NCBI GenBank assembly: GCA_051294375.1
Contig: CM119266.1
Span: 23,646,175 to 23,710,174, forward strand
Origin: Paraspadella gotoi
Taxonomy: Eukaryota > Animalia > Chaetognatha
Length of the DNA: 64,000 nucleotides
Reading direction: 5' to 3'
The stretch's first letter is position 1, and the number at the start of each line of letters is the position of its first letter. This document shows positions 42,117 to 55,702 of the stretch, piece after piece. The translations under genes and the position numbers were made by a program. Under the pieces are notes generated by a model. That model was not told where the DNA came from, made no database searches, and saw only the letters and a list, made by a program, of their open reading frames with translations.

Positions 42117-45100
42117 TCGTCCCCGCGCGCGCGACGGGGTCGCGTCGAGGGACGCATAACAATTGACGGTAATGATGGCGAGGAGTGATTACGGCTTTTC
42201 AAACTTAGTTCGACTGAGAAGACGAATTTTCGGTCGGGGAGAATTTTTTTTTTCTTTTTTCTTGTGGATGAAGGAAGAGAGAGGGAAGGGTTGTGGGGGG
42301 GGGCGAATCCTTGGAGGAAGGGAAAGACAGGGAATAAAGTGGGGGAGAAGTGGGAGAGAGGGGAAACGCACGGAGATATCGGGGAGTCTTTGGCCGTTAG
42401 AAATTTGCTTGGGGAGAGTGGGTCCGAATTCATGTGTTATAAATTAAATAAATAGACAGAGCAATGGAGGAGAACAGGTGACAATGTGATAAATCTGTTT
42501 TGTTACAGACAGATTCAGTGATTCTTTGAGGTCGCAACGTTCACTGGTTGAGTATCACAGAAAAAATTTAAGAGCGTCGAAGCGATGATTTCCCAATTGC
42601 AATTCCGGATTTTATGCAAAAGAGTTTGGAATTGGGATGCGATGGCAAAATCCCCTACGCACGAGCAGATGGAATTTTTATGGAAATTAAGGGAAGAAAA
42701 AAAAAATCCGTTTTTCCTAATATGAGTTTGATTGCATCAAACTTTAAAGAATTTCTTTTTTATATATTTGAACTAAAAAAATTTACTCTGTTAACTTTTC
42801 AATAATTATATATATATATTTTATTTTAATAACTCTAGGAAACATTTTCGGCCATTTTCTTTTCAGATTTGAGATTGAGATTTCCTTCCTCCTTCATTGA
42901 AGGACGGAGATTCATTTCCTCTCTTTCTTCTCCATCTCATAACAATTTCCTCTATTTCATCTCAAACTTTTTTCCCTCATTCATCTTGACCCCTTTTTTT
43001 ATCTTGTTCTCCACAATAACCCGATTGTCTTTAACTCCCTTCTTCCTCTCACACCCTCACTTTTTTTTTTATCTTAACTCACCTCATATATTGGGCTCAC
43101 CCCACCATCAACGGAAATGGGAGTGTTTATAAATTCCGTGTCCCAATAGGGGTTCACACTTGGACCTTAAAACCTCAATATCTCACCCCGCGCTTTTTTT
43201 TTCTCACTTTCCTCGCTTCTGTCTCACCTTGATATTCCTACTTACGGAGAAATATAAATGAACTGCTGGCGGAGCGACTTTACGACAAAATTTACAAGTT
43301 CTCATCAAGTATTTAATATATTTAGATCTTCATTAACGGAATCTTTTATACTTTGATATTTTGTTTCTTTAGTAGGTAGGTTCTTTACTTTCGTATTTTT
43401 TTTTTTATTATTTCCATTCAATTCAATTTTTACATTTTTTATCGATTTAAACTCTTATCTTCGAAATTGAGTGTTGCCAATAACTATCTTCTTCCATCAG
43501 CTATTTATATATTCCCTTAAGAATTTGAGGTGAACATAATCTTTGTTGGCGACCCACATTGCCGTCACACGATGTCTCGGACTGCTCTCTCTTCGTCTCT
43601 CTCATCATCTCTCCCACACCACACTTTTATCTTTATTCCCTATTTCTCTCTCTCTCTTCTCATCTCGTTTACGTCACGTTCACTGCATTCCTCTCACTCG
43701 CGCCTTTCATCTAGCGGCTTCATTANNNNNNNNNNNNNNNNNNNNNNNNNTAAGGGAATATATAAATAGCTGATGGAAGAAGATAGTTATTGGCAACCAC
43801 TCAATTTCGGAAAGATAAGAGTTTAAATTCGATAAAAATTTAAAAATTGAAGTTGAAAGAATAATAAAAAAAAATAATACCGAAAGTAAAGAACCTACCT
43901 ACTAAAGAAACAAATATATCAAAGTATAAAAGATTCCTTAATGAAGTCTAAATATATTAAATACTTGATGAGACTTGTAAAATTTTGTCGTAAAGTCCGC
44001 TCCGCCAGCAGTTCATTTATATTTCTCCGTAAGTAGGAATATCAAGGTGAGACAGAAGCGAGGAAAGTGAGAAAAAAAAGCGGGGTGAGATATTGAGGTT
44101 TTAAGGTCCAAGGTGAACCCCTATTTGGGACACGGAATTTATAACATCCCATTTCCGTTGATGGTGGGGTGAGCCAATATATGAGGTGAGGTAAGATAAA
44201 AAAAAAAAGTGAGGGTGTGAGAGGGAAGAAGGGAGTTAGAAGACAATCGGGTTATTGTGGAGAACGAAGATAAAAAAAAGGGGTCAAGATGAATGAGGGA
44301 AAAGAAGTTTGAGATGAAATAGAGGAAATTGTTATGAGATGGAGAAGAAAGAGAGGAAATGAATCTCCGTCCTTCAATGAAGGAGGAAGAAATCTCAATC
44401 TCAAATCTGAAAAGAAAATGGCCGAAAATGTTTCCTAGAGTTATTAAATAAAAATATAAATATAATATGAAAAGTTAACAGAGTAAAATTTTTTTAGTTC
44501 AAATATAAAAAAGAAATTCTTTAAAGTTGATGCATCAAACTCATATTAAGAAAACGGATTTTTTTTTCTTCCCTTAATTTCCATAAAATTCCATCTGCTC
44601 GTCGTAGGGGATTTTGCATCGCATCCCAATTCCAAACTCTTTTGCATAAAATCCGGAATTGCAATTGGGAAATCATCGCTTCGACGCTCTTAAATTTTTT
44701 CTGTGATACTCAACCAGTGAACGTGCGCCTCAAGAATCACTGAATCTGTCTGTAACAAAACAGATTTATCACATTGTCATGTTCTCCTCCATTGCTCTGT
44801 CTATTTATTTAATTTAAACACATGAATTCGACCCACATCTCCCCAAAGCAAATTTCTAACGGCCAAAGACTCCCTCGAATCTCGTCCGCTTTCACCCTCT
44901 CTGCCACATTCTCCCCCAACTTATTCCCTGATCTTTCCCTTCCTCCAAGGATTCGCCCCCCCAACAACCCTTCCCTCCTCTTTCCTTCATCGCACATAAA
45001 AATAAGAAAAAAAAAATTTCCCGACCATCCGAAAATTTCAGTCTTCTCAGTCGAATAAGTTTGAAAAGCTCGTAATCACTTACCTCGCCACATTACCTCA

Positions 45101-45156
45101 AATTGTTATGCGCGTCCCTCGATTCGCGCAAGCCCACGTCGGCGCGCGGCGGGGAC

Positions 45157-45187
<31 letters not shown>

Positions 45188-45641
45188 TGATGAGAGTAGA
45201 GAGAGAGAGAAGTACGGGATTGAGAACGGGTAAGAGAAGAGAAGAGAGAGAGAGAGAGAGAGAGAAGAGAAGAGAGAGAAACGAGAGAGAGAGAGAGAGA
45301 AGATTCCCAAGGATTCTCACTCTGCGGCGTTTTTCTCCGTGCTTCCTAGTCCCCTACCGCACTTCGCCCCCTTCGAAGTCTTTCCCCCCCAAGGCGCTCG
45401 TGTTCTTCGCGAAAGGAAATCCAATAAAACGCTTTCCCCGTCAGGAGGTGAGGATTTTTTGTGTGTGTATGTGTGTGTGAGTGTGTGAAGGGGTGAGTAG
45501 ACGGAGAGTCTGCGAACATGAATGAGAGGTGTGGCGTTTGGGGAAAACTCGAAAGGAAAAGAGTGAAAAGAATTTGTGAGGGAGAAGGGGGCGTGGCAGA
45601 CGCGGGGGCGAAGAGTTTCTATTTTAAGAATTTTAAATTTA
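31213..45641. other. Block of redundant direct/inverted re-copies (probable mis-assembly or allelic duplication)
   Basis: 36747-38386 is the reverse copy of ~34186-35893. 38387-41146 is a forward copy of 31213-34185. 41172-41657 is a reverse copy of ~33455-33935. 41658-43725 is a forward copy of 31213-33455. 43751-45641 is a reverse copy of ~31232-33254. Three 25-N gaps lie at junctions. Confidence 0.85.
34838..34990. repeat. (AAAAAACT/AAAAACT)n 7-8-bp tandem repeat
   Basis: Direct reading. The inverted duplicate (TTTTTTAG)n is at ~37615-37786. Confidence 0.9.
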
Positions 45642-46217
45642 GCATAAAATTATTGACATATATCATTGATCATTCAATTGATTTTATATTAATTAATTAT
45701 TTAACGTCCGACTATCAGAGAAGGTTCTTCGGTTTATGTATACGTAGATATGACATTAGGAATGTCAGAACTTCCTGATAATCTGGCACTCCGAAATTTT
45801 TTAAAATTAATTTCTTATGCAATTTGATGAAAAAATTCGCAATATTTCGGGACGTTTCGCGGTAAAGAGAAACTCTAGAAAAGATGTTGATGTCTCAAAT
45901 GCAGAGTTAAGCCCATTGATTGTAACTCGAGTTGAAGACGAGTACGAACAACAACATCAAAGCAACCAACACGCAGGTCTCGAACTCCTGATATCGGCGA
46001 TTTTGCGGCCCAAAGAGCGGGACGTCACTAATCTACTTCGACAGGTTTTATCCTTGTCGTTCTTCATCGTAATCGTCGTCGTCGTCATCATCGTCGTCTT
46101 CGTCGTCGTCTTCGTCGCCGGCGGTCGAAAACATCAAAGACAAAGAAGCGACAACGATTTATGGGGACTCGATTCGAGGAATCGAAGCGAAAATTCGAGA
46201 GAGGACCAGCTGACATT

Positions 46218-46315
<98 letters not shown>

Positions 46316-46613
46316 ATGATCTTGAGATCGCTGTTGAAGACGAGTACGAGAAAGATAAAAACGTTTTTATGTGAACGTTTGAAGTTAATACAAGTTTTAA
46401 GAAAGTTTTAAGGGGTCAAAGATGCATCGATTACTACTTGTTAAAGTTCTAATAATGAAGCGGTTTAATTCAAAAATCTCTCCTCTTATGTTTATGCAAT
46501 GATTTTCTTGGGGTCAAAAAACTCGCGCCCTCGCTATCCGAGTCTGCAGGACGCCTCGAGTCCGGGACGAAAATGGAACCGCGAAATTCGAGATATAACC
46601 AACCCCTCTTGCC

Positions 46614-46658
<45 letters not shown>

Positions 46659-46816
46659 TCTCTCTCTCTCTCTTCTCTCTCTCTCCGCTCTCTCTCTCAG
46701 CCCCGCCCAGGCAGACATAATATAAACGTTATAGCGCCATAAAAGTCATGGAGGCTCGTAGAAGGTGGATCATGGGCTTGGGAGGAGGAGAAGAGAGCAA
46801 CCGCCGGAAAGCTTAC

Positions 46817-46869
<53 letters not shown>

Positions 46870-47841
46870 AGAGAACGAGAGAGAGAGAGAGGAGACGAGA
46901 GAGAGAGAGAGGCAAAAAAGAATTATTACAAGCGGAGCGTCCCGGTGAAATGCGAGCTGTTGAGAAAAAGAAAGGATGATCGATTAACCTGGAAATACAA
47001 TCCGAGTCGTCGTCATAAGTTACAGCAAAACACTAAATTACGTTGATCGATAAAACATAATTTTAAAATAGAATAAGTGGGAGTGAAAATAATCCACAAT
47101 TTCTGAAGAAAAAAAACTGTATAAAATTCATACAAATTAAAGTTTAACATTACTTACCGGTTTTAAAATGGTCGTAGAAATTTGTCGGAGCCTTTCTAAA
47201 AAAGCAAAAAAAAAAGCAGTTGAAGTAAAAGACGAAGTTTTCCGATTGAGTCATAAAAAACAGAAAAACAAAATAAAACTAAATAAAAAACAACAGAAAG
47301 GTGAAAGAAAACCTCTGCCTCGTTGCGTCGATAAAAAACTGAAACACGAACAAGCGGCGAAAATTCGCTCGAGCGCCCATTTCTTTTTTTCAGGGCGCGG
47401 CTGAGGGGAAGGGGGCCTAAAGATGGCGACTCGTAACGACCTCAAACAACATCCGAAAACAAGGACAACAGATACAGACACACACACACCCGCAAACAAA
47501 AACAACAGCGACGACGACAACAAAAAAACAGAGACAAGCGGGACCCGAAGGCAAGTTGCTGAGCTAGAAAGGTCAACTGCTTTTTTCTCTCGGAGAAGAC
47601 GTTAGGAAGAAATTGCTGATAAACACTGCAGAGAGAGGAAGGAGAAGAAAGGAAAAAGAAGAGAGAGAGAGAGAGAGAGAGAGATTCCATTAAGGCGTTA
47701 TCATTAGGAAGGAGTTAATGATAATGTTCGCCCTCTCTGAATCTGCGGAGATCTCGGCGACAGTCAAGGGCAATGAAGAGCGTGTATCGCGAGAGCCATA
47801 ACAAATTATTATATAAACGATTATGTTGTTGTTGCTGTCGC

Positions 47842-47887
<46 letters not shown>

Positions 47888-48530
47888 AATGATAATGATG
47901 ATGATGATTATGATAATGATGATGATGATGACGATAATTATATTTTATTTCCCCTTTTTTTAATTTTCTACTTACCTATTTCAAGGAAAAGGAATAAAAT
48001 TAAGTTGACAAAAATTTGTTAAAATTGATGTTCTGATGTTTCCCCCATGAACAAAATATAAATTTAGATTTTGCACGCAACAGTTGCTGAAAAAAGTCTC
48101 AGCCGACCTTGGCTGCTGCTGCTGCTGCGGTTAAATTTGCAGCTTTAACTCCAGACTCAGCAGCTGCAGCTTTTCCTATCAGTATTGCAGCCAGGAGGCG
48201 TTGTGTCTTGAATACGAAACATATCAAGTTATCATGTCCGTAATGATTAATTTTAGTTAATAATAGAACAGATTAATTTGAATTATTGTATTATTTTTCG
48301 TAGAGAATTTTCTTCGAAATAATAATAATAAAGCATTTCTTCATGTTTTAAGATTGTGTATACAAATAGTTTGAGTTTATACCGGTTCAGACCTACTTCG
48401 TGGAGCAAACAAATCATTTACCAAAATGAAACTTTTCGTGATTATCCTCGGAAAATCGAACAAAAAATTTAATTTTTTAGATTCTTATATGAATAAATTA
48501 AAACTTTAAAAAATATAAACCAAAAATATA

Positions 48531-48672
48531 ATGAAATTGGTACAACCAATATATAAATTATCCATTAAGTATTAAATAAGCTATCTTGATAATGACAAAG
48601 CAGGTCCCTGCAAGCTTTCAATCAAGACTCTCTCACAGTCTCGTTTATTCACTCCCAGAGTACCTGGCTTCA
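48531..48672. repeat. Copy of dispersed repeat family A (internally deleted relative to the 55.5 kb copy)
   Basis: atgaaattggtacaacc...agctatcttg plus gcaggtccctgcaagctttcaatcaagactctc...cgtttattcactcccagagtacctggcttc match 55519-55702. Confidence 0.8.
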
Positions 48673-48996
48673 ATAAAGTGTTTCAAAGAATGCTTCAATT
48701 GTATGAAAAGACCTTTTGATTTGATGGTATTTAAATCTTTTCTTCATCCCCGCGGAGTGAACCATTCTCTATACTCGACATCACTCCCGCGACATCACCA
48801 TCCACTCCACCAACCACCGCTTGTCCACCCACCCCCCTCCCCCCCTTCTCCCGCACCTTTCGCCCTTCTTCTCTTCAAGTCTCTGTTTTTCTCGAAGCCA
48901 AATTGGAATCTTAGTATCTCTGTTTTTACGAGGGGCCATAAACAGCGCCGCCGACGCCGCCGACGCCGCCGATGACGAAGACAACGAAGATGTCGG

Positions 48997-49039
<43 letters not shown>

Positions 49040-49450
49040 AGGTGGAAGCGACGTGGAATCTCTTCTAATCTCTTGCCTTTTTAGGGTGAGGCCGGGAGAG
49101 AAAGGAAAAGGAGACGGCGGGACGAAAAGAAAGGAGGAAGAGAGGAAAAAGAAAGGAGTAAGGAAACAGGGAGAGAGAGAAGAAAGTCAAGAAGAGCGAA
49201 GAGAAGGAGGGTGAGAAAAAGGGAGCAGAGAAAAGTCAAGAAATTAGAATGAAAATATAAGATTAAAAAGGAAAGAAAGGAAGAAAGCTGAAAATGTTAA
49301 AAGAAAATCGTTACAAAATCATTACAAAATCGTTACATTTTATTTGACATTGTTTTCCTATTTTCTAATAATATCTACCTTTTTATTTCTTTGTTAAACT
49401 AACACCCCCTCGTTGTCTTATTTCTCGATCCTATCTTAACCTTACTTCCA

Positions 49451-49525
<75 letters not shown>

Positions 49526-49885
49526 CTCTCCTCTTTCCTCCCGAGAGAGTTTTTTCCTTAGTTACCGTTTTTTTGGTCCCCTGATTCCGAAAGCAATAAA
49601 CTTGTATACAACATCCAGGAGACCCGGCGCCGCCGCCGACGACGACGACGACGACGACGACGACCGGCGCCGTTACGGATGAACCGGAAGAAAGGAGGAC
49701 GACGAGGAGAATGAGGAGGGAGGAGAGGGAGGAGGTGGAGGAAGAAGAAGAGGAGAAGGAGGAAGTAGAAGAGAAGGGATATATCCTTGGAGGATGAAGG
49801 AGGAAGGGAGGATGAGGATGATGATGATGAGCGCGAGGAGGAAGAAAATGTAATCAACTTTTCGGGAGCAAAGGGTGACGCCGGA

Positions 49886-49926
<41 letters not shown>

Positions 49927-50984
49927 ATCGACGAAGACGACGACGACGATGTAGGGACGTCGAAGACAACGACGAAGTCGACGAAGGCAACGACGGCGGC
50001 AGTGGCGGCAGCAGCGCGGCGGCCGCGGGAGCGTCATCAGCGCCGCGGTTTCATCAACAACTTGTCACCGAGATAAATTTCAGGATAGAGAGAGAGATGA
50101 GAGAGAGGGAGAGAGAGAGAGAAGAGAGAGGAAGGGGAGAGAGAGAGACGAGCAGACGAGATCGAAGAGACGAGAGAGAGAGAGAGAGGATATTGCGATG
50201 AAAAAAAGGGATGAGAAGGAGAATGACAGAAAATTCTAAACGTCTATGCCTATGGGGAGATTGAAACAAGTATGGTGTGACAATCGATATTATTCTTGAA
50301 GTATTGAACAAATAAAGGAATGAATTCTTATCTATATATGACAGTTAAAGAATCAAATATGGCGACGAGTAAAGTAAAAATGACCAAAAAAAATAGAAAT
50401 TTTATTTGCAGCAGTTTTCAGGCAGGCTCTCACAGTTGTTAAAATGTTTTGTATGGTTTTGGCTTACTCTATTTTCTTCTCCAGTCTTTTAAAATAATAT
50501 CATAGTTAAATCTCTGCTAGTTTTATGTAAAGTCCATACAAAATCTCCTAAACTGTTAGTTCTTTTCGTAATTTTCAACAAACTCCTTTCCCTTTAACTA
50601 TCCAGATTAACCCACCCGACGGCCCCTTACTCTTAGGCTCAACTCACCCATACATTTGCTTCTCTCTTCTCTCACCGAAACAATTATTTCCTTTTTTCGC
50701 TATTTTCTTTTTTTCTCTTTCTTTTTCGTTTCGTTTCTTACTCAAATTCATTTTCTTTTTTTCCGAGTTTTTATTCTTTCCTTACTTTCCGTTTCTTTAT
50801 ATTTCCTTTTCTTTTTCCGCTTTTCTTTCTTTTCTTTCAATACTTTTTAAATCTCTCAGCTCGTGAAGGTTTTTGTCTTTTATGTTCAACGTGATTCTTT
50901 CGCTTTTCCTTCTTTAACTTTTATCTTCTCGTTTCATTTTCTTTCCATTTTCTTTTCTTTCTTTCTTTCATTTTCAACCGTGAG

Positions 50985-51440
50985 TTCGTCGTCACTTTCT
51001 CGAGTCCTCGCAGCGACTTCGTCCTCTCTTTGTCCTCACTTAATCCTAACTTTGTCCTCAATTTTACCCCACTTCGTCATTACTTTGTCCTCGGTTCGTT
51101 CTCTCTTCGTCCTCACTTCTTCCTCAGTTTATTGTCACTTCGTCCTCACTTTGTCTTCACTTCGTCCTCACTTCGTCCTCACTTCTTCCTCATTCGTCCT
51201 CACTTCGCAGTCACTTAGTCCTCGCTTCATCCTAACTTTTTCCTCATTTCTTCCTCAATTTTTCATCACTTCGTCTTCACCTGTGCTCTGTTGGTCCTCA
51301 ATGCATCCTCGCTTAGTCCTTAATAGGTTCTAATTTCATCCTCACTTTATCCTCACTTTGTCCTCACTTCATTTCCACTTTGTCCTCACTTCTTCCTTAC
51401 TTCGTCGTCACTTCTTCCCCACTTCGTCCTCGCTTCGTCC
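50985..51440. repeat. Degenerate 11-bp minisatellite (CTTCGTCCTCA)n
   Basis: About 40 diverged units, e.g. cttcgtcctca cttcgtcctca cttcttcctca. It explains the spurious ORFs at 50863-51612. Confidence 0.9.
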
Positions 51441-52404
51441 TACAGCGCCGATTATCTCTCTTCCCTACGGGACCTCCTTTCTATACATTCACAATTTTTA
51501 TTCGCCTTTTTTAAATTTTTCCCCCGTGATCGCTTTCATTCATTCGTCGAAAATGAACCGAAAAAGATTCACGGTACAGGCTAACTCTTTTCAAAAAAAA
51601 AAAAATCGGTGAGGTTCCCGCTGTACCTAAACTTCTGAAAGTAACAAAGATTAAGCGAAAAGTACGTAAACTACGAGAGAGAGAAAAAAAAGGAAGCAAA
51701 AAAAAAATCTCGAAAGTTTATCGATAAAAAAAAAAAAAAAAAAAAACTAAAGAAAGAGAGAGAAAAAAAAATTTTCCCTGAAAGCGTCATCAACGTCGAC
51801 GGAGAAAAGTGATAAAAGGAGCGACGAAGAGTTTGAGACGGAATGAAAAGAATGGCGACGAGGGGAATGTGGTGGGGGGGAGGTGGGAGGGTAGACCCGG
51901 TGTGGTAGGGATGGGTTGGTTGTGGGTAGGGGGATTGATGGATTTCCGGGGGAGTGATAGTGGAGAAGGAATGTCTGAGGGAGGTAGGGGATTTTGCGTC
52001 TTTGTGGAGGGCGAGCAGAGTCTGGTTAATATTAACCGAATGAATGGATAAAATGAAAACGTTGAATGAAATAAAAGCGCGACTTAGGGGACGATGTATA
52101 TATATATATAATTTTGTAAAATGATTACTTTTGTAGATGTATTTATAGGACCAAAAGAGCGATGTGAAATTTTACAGATAGTTAAAAAGAGAGAGAGAGA
52201 GCGAGTCCAAGTCGGACGGGAAAATGAAAATCGGAAAGAAGTCACGGGAATCCGAAGTCGAAGAAAGAATGAATCGGAAAATCTTTGTGAACTAAAAAAA
52301 AAATTGTAACAAAGAAGAAATTGATGGCGATTCCATAAAAAATCTGTACATCTTTAGACAAAATTTCTTAGCGCAAGTAGAAAGAATATTGTGAAGATTT
52401 CTCT

Positions 52405-52491
<87 letters not shown>

Positions 52492-52956
52492 AGAAAATGA
52501 GTTTTCTCGTCGCCGGCGCCGACGGTGGGCGTGTTTGTTCGTCGTCTCTTCCTTATCGTCCGTGCGGCGTCGTCGTCTTTATATTCGTCGTCGTCGTCGT
52601 CGTCGTCGTCTTCATCGTCCTCTTCGCTCTCGTCGTCTTCATCATCATTTTCTTTTTTTTTCATTTTTATTCTTCTTCGTCGTCGACGTCGTCGTCGTCG
52701 GCGACCTCGTCGTCCTTTTCTTCATCGTCGTGATATAATTTTTTGTCAATGTCACTCTCTTGGGAATCGTCGTTGTTGTTGTTGTCGTCGTCAATGTTTA
52801 AAAGTTCCTTTAGTATTACTTTCTTCAATGAAATTTTTTGATTTGTTACTTTTTTGTCATCGTTTCCGCCATCGCAGTCATGATGTTCAAGATTGTTCTC
52901 GTTTTTTTTTACATCGTCGTCATCGTCGTCGTCATCTATTTCTTCTTCAACATCGT

Positions 52957-52993
<37 letters not shown>

Positions 52994-53082
52994 ATCGCCG
53001 TCGTCGTCCTCGGGTGCCGAAGCGATTTTTTTCCCGTCGGTTTTCATCTCCTTGAAAATTTTCTCCTCCTTTAACGCCCCCT

Positions 53083-53122
<40 letters not shown>

Positions 53123-54367
53123 TCTCGCTCTCTCTCTTTCCCTCTCGCTCTCGCGATATTGGCAATAAAAGTATATTACATTCATGGTTATGACGCATAA
53201 AACGCGCGGCTTCGGCGCCCGAGCGCCTCTCCACCCAGAAAGGCACCTTCTTACTCGCTCACTCAGAGTCACGAGCACCTTCTCAGCCAGCACCTCACTG
53301 CAGCTCACGAGGCTGCAAACTTTTCAAATTATAATGAAATCACAATACAACTTCTCACATCTCAAATCGCGGATCGAACTCAATATCTATATATGTAAAA
53401 TTTAGATTAAAGTGACTTTTAAAACAACAGGTTTCAGCGACTCCGCCCAACGAATCGTGCTGTTGCAACTTGTTGCGACGTTGCTTCTTCCATCTGGTTC
53501 GTTTGTCTGAGATCCTCGATGTAGTTTAGACTCGATTTCCACCGCTACAGATAAAATAAAAAATGTGTATTATCATAATTGTACTAAGATTATAAGTGTT
53601 TTTAGTATTTTAAATCTGCTGCTAATATCTGATTTTCTGGCTCATTAGCGTAATGCCAATACGTTTATTATCGCTCTCTCTCTTTCTCTCCCGGAGTCTC
53701 GACGGGCAATTTTCCGGTCTGGCTCTCACTCGATCCCGTGAGTCACAACACCTTGAGAAAGTGAACCATATCCACGAGCTGTTGCTGTCTCCTCTCTTGA
53801 CGATCAGATCTGTGAGGTAAGGAGAGCTTATTCCGACTCGTCTCCAGGTTTTAACTTACCCTTCATCCTCAGACCCTTTCAACTCCCACCCAATCCGCTC
53901 TCTCCCTAGTTTCAGTCATCTGCGTCGAGTCCTTGGAGACGCAACACAGAAAAAAAAAGCGGCCATGAAGGAAATAAAAAAAAAGGAAAGAAAAAAAAGG
54001 AAAGAAAAAAAAAGGAAAGAAAAAATAAGATTGGATTCTTCGTCTCGCAAGAAAAAAAAAGGTTTAACGCATTTGAGAACTCCGAGGGCAGTGGGTGCGA
54101 AAAAAAATATATCCATAAACTGTGAAACTAGATATTATTTTGTATATTTTAAGGACAATATTAAGAAAATATGCTTCAAACGTGTTCTTATTTTGAAAAT
54201 TAAATTTTAAGGCGACTTACCAAAGTTTCTATCTCTCAGCAAAGTTACACGGTGGATATGATAAAGGGTTAGGTTGAGGAAGGCAGGAAGAAAAAAAGGC
54301 GAGTCGGGGCCAAAGTCGCTCTGAGGTGAGGGGCACCAGGAAATAAAGATATTTGGATCAGCAAAAA

Positions 54368-54400
<33 letters not shown>

Positions 54401-54779
54401 AAGTCCTCGACATAACAAAGGAAGAACTTGGCTCCTTGTCAAAGCCGGCAATAAAAAAGGAAAAGGGGGCAAAAGGCCGAGGACTTGGAGGAAAAGNNNN
54501 NNNNNNNNNNNNNNNNNNNNNNNNNNNNNNNNNNNNNNNNNNNNNNNNNNNNNNNNNNNNNNNNNNNNNNNNNNNNNNNNNNNNNNNNNNNNNNNNNNNN
54601 NNNNNNNNNNNNNNNNNNNNNNNNNNNNNNNNNNNNNNNNNNNNNNNNNNNNNNNNNNNNNNNNNNNNNNNNNNNNNNNNNNNNNNNNNNNNNNNNNNNN
54701 NNNNNNNNNNNNNNNNNNNNNNNNNNNNNNNCAAACGCGTAGGTGCTTAAAGCTCTTTGCCTTTTGTTTCGAACACCGA

Positions 54780-54829
54780 TAACTCATTAACTTGTTAACT
54801 CATTAACTCGTTATAACTCATTAACTCAT
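54780..54829. repeat. 8-bp tandem repeat (TAACTCAT/TAACTCGT)
   Basis: taactcattaacttgttaactcattaactcgttataactcattaactcat. Confidence 0.8.
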
Positions 54830-55518
54830 CGACGAAAGAGATCGAAGGATGAATGATCATTGATCAAAACTGGCGGAGGCGGGAATGAGGAACGAGAGAA
54901 AAGAAACTCTCTTATTTTTTAGTTATAATGACATCTTTATTTACATACATTATGATTGTCGACCTGATTTTCAAAGACGAATTCCGAGACTTTCACAAAT
55001 CTCAGTTCTTCTTCCGCTCCGTCTTCACAATTCCCGATCCTGATCCCCTTTTCGCTCCTATCGACCCTCCTGTCTTCTTCGGAGCAAAGACATCGAGGTG
55101 AAAAAAGCCATAAAAGCAAAAACTCGGTCAAGAAAAAAANNNNNNNNNNNNNNNNNNNNNNNNNNNNNNNNNNNNNNNNNNNNNNNNNNNNNNNNNNNNN
55201 NNNNNNNNNNNNNNNNNNNNNNNNNNNNNNNNNNNNNNNNNNNNNNNNNNNNNNNNNNNNNNNNNNNNNNNNNNNNNAGAGAGAGAGAGAGAGAGTCTTC
55301 GATAAGAAAAGGAAAAATGAGAAGAGGAGCTGCGCCTGATAAGAGGCGAGAGACGAGACTGGCGTCTCATTCTTGCCAAAAAGAATTTCTCGAGTCGAGG
55401 CTTGGTTCGTTGGAAGGGCTGATGGGTCGGAACACTTTCAGGAATTTCTTTCTTTACAAACAAAGTGTTTAACTCAGCCACACGCATATTACACAATAAA
55501 TGTTTGGCACAAAATTCG

Positions 55519-55702
55519 TATGAAATTGGTACATGCAAAAAAATTATCCATTCATTTAATTAAGAAGCTATCTTGCCTCTGAATTTGGACAAGCTTTGGT
55601 GGTTTAAGGCCTCTTACAAGATAATTACATCGCAGGTCCATGCAAGCTTTCTATCGAGACTCTTTCAGTCACGTTTATTCACTCCCAGAGCACCTGGCTT
55701 CC
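55519..55702. repeat. Longest copy of dispersed repeat family A
   Basis: Shares its 5' half with 644-738 and its 3' half with 48600-48672. Confidence 0.8.

Noticed and set aside
45709-45783. Hairpin resembling a pre-miRNA
   Set aside because: Bulged stem with a branched ~38-nt interior; no match to conserved miRNAs that I recall (miR-10, iab-4, miR-993).
45976-45991. GGTCTCGAACTCCTGA, identical to an Alu / Pol III B-box segment
   Set aside because: Only 16 bp; no flanking Alu similarity, convincing A-box or cloverleaf.
50985-51440. CRISPR-like array
   Set aside because: Contiguous degenerate 11-mers without unique spacers; eukaryotic context, no cas genes.
52500-53074. Overlapping ORFs including an acidic 126-aa ORF (52667-53047, minus)
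   Set aside because: Products of (GTC/ATC)n repeats, open in several frames on both strands, with no splice context or domain. The same applies to 7492-7857, 8786-9163, 48821-49214 and 49558-50201.
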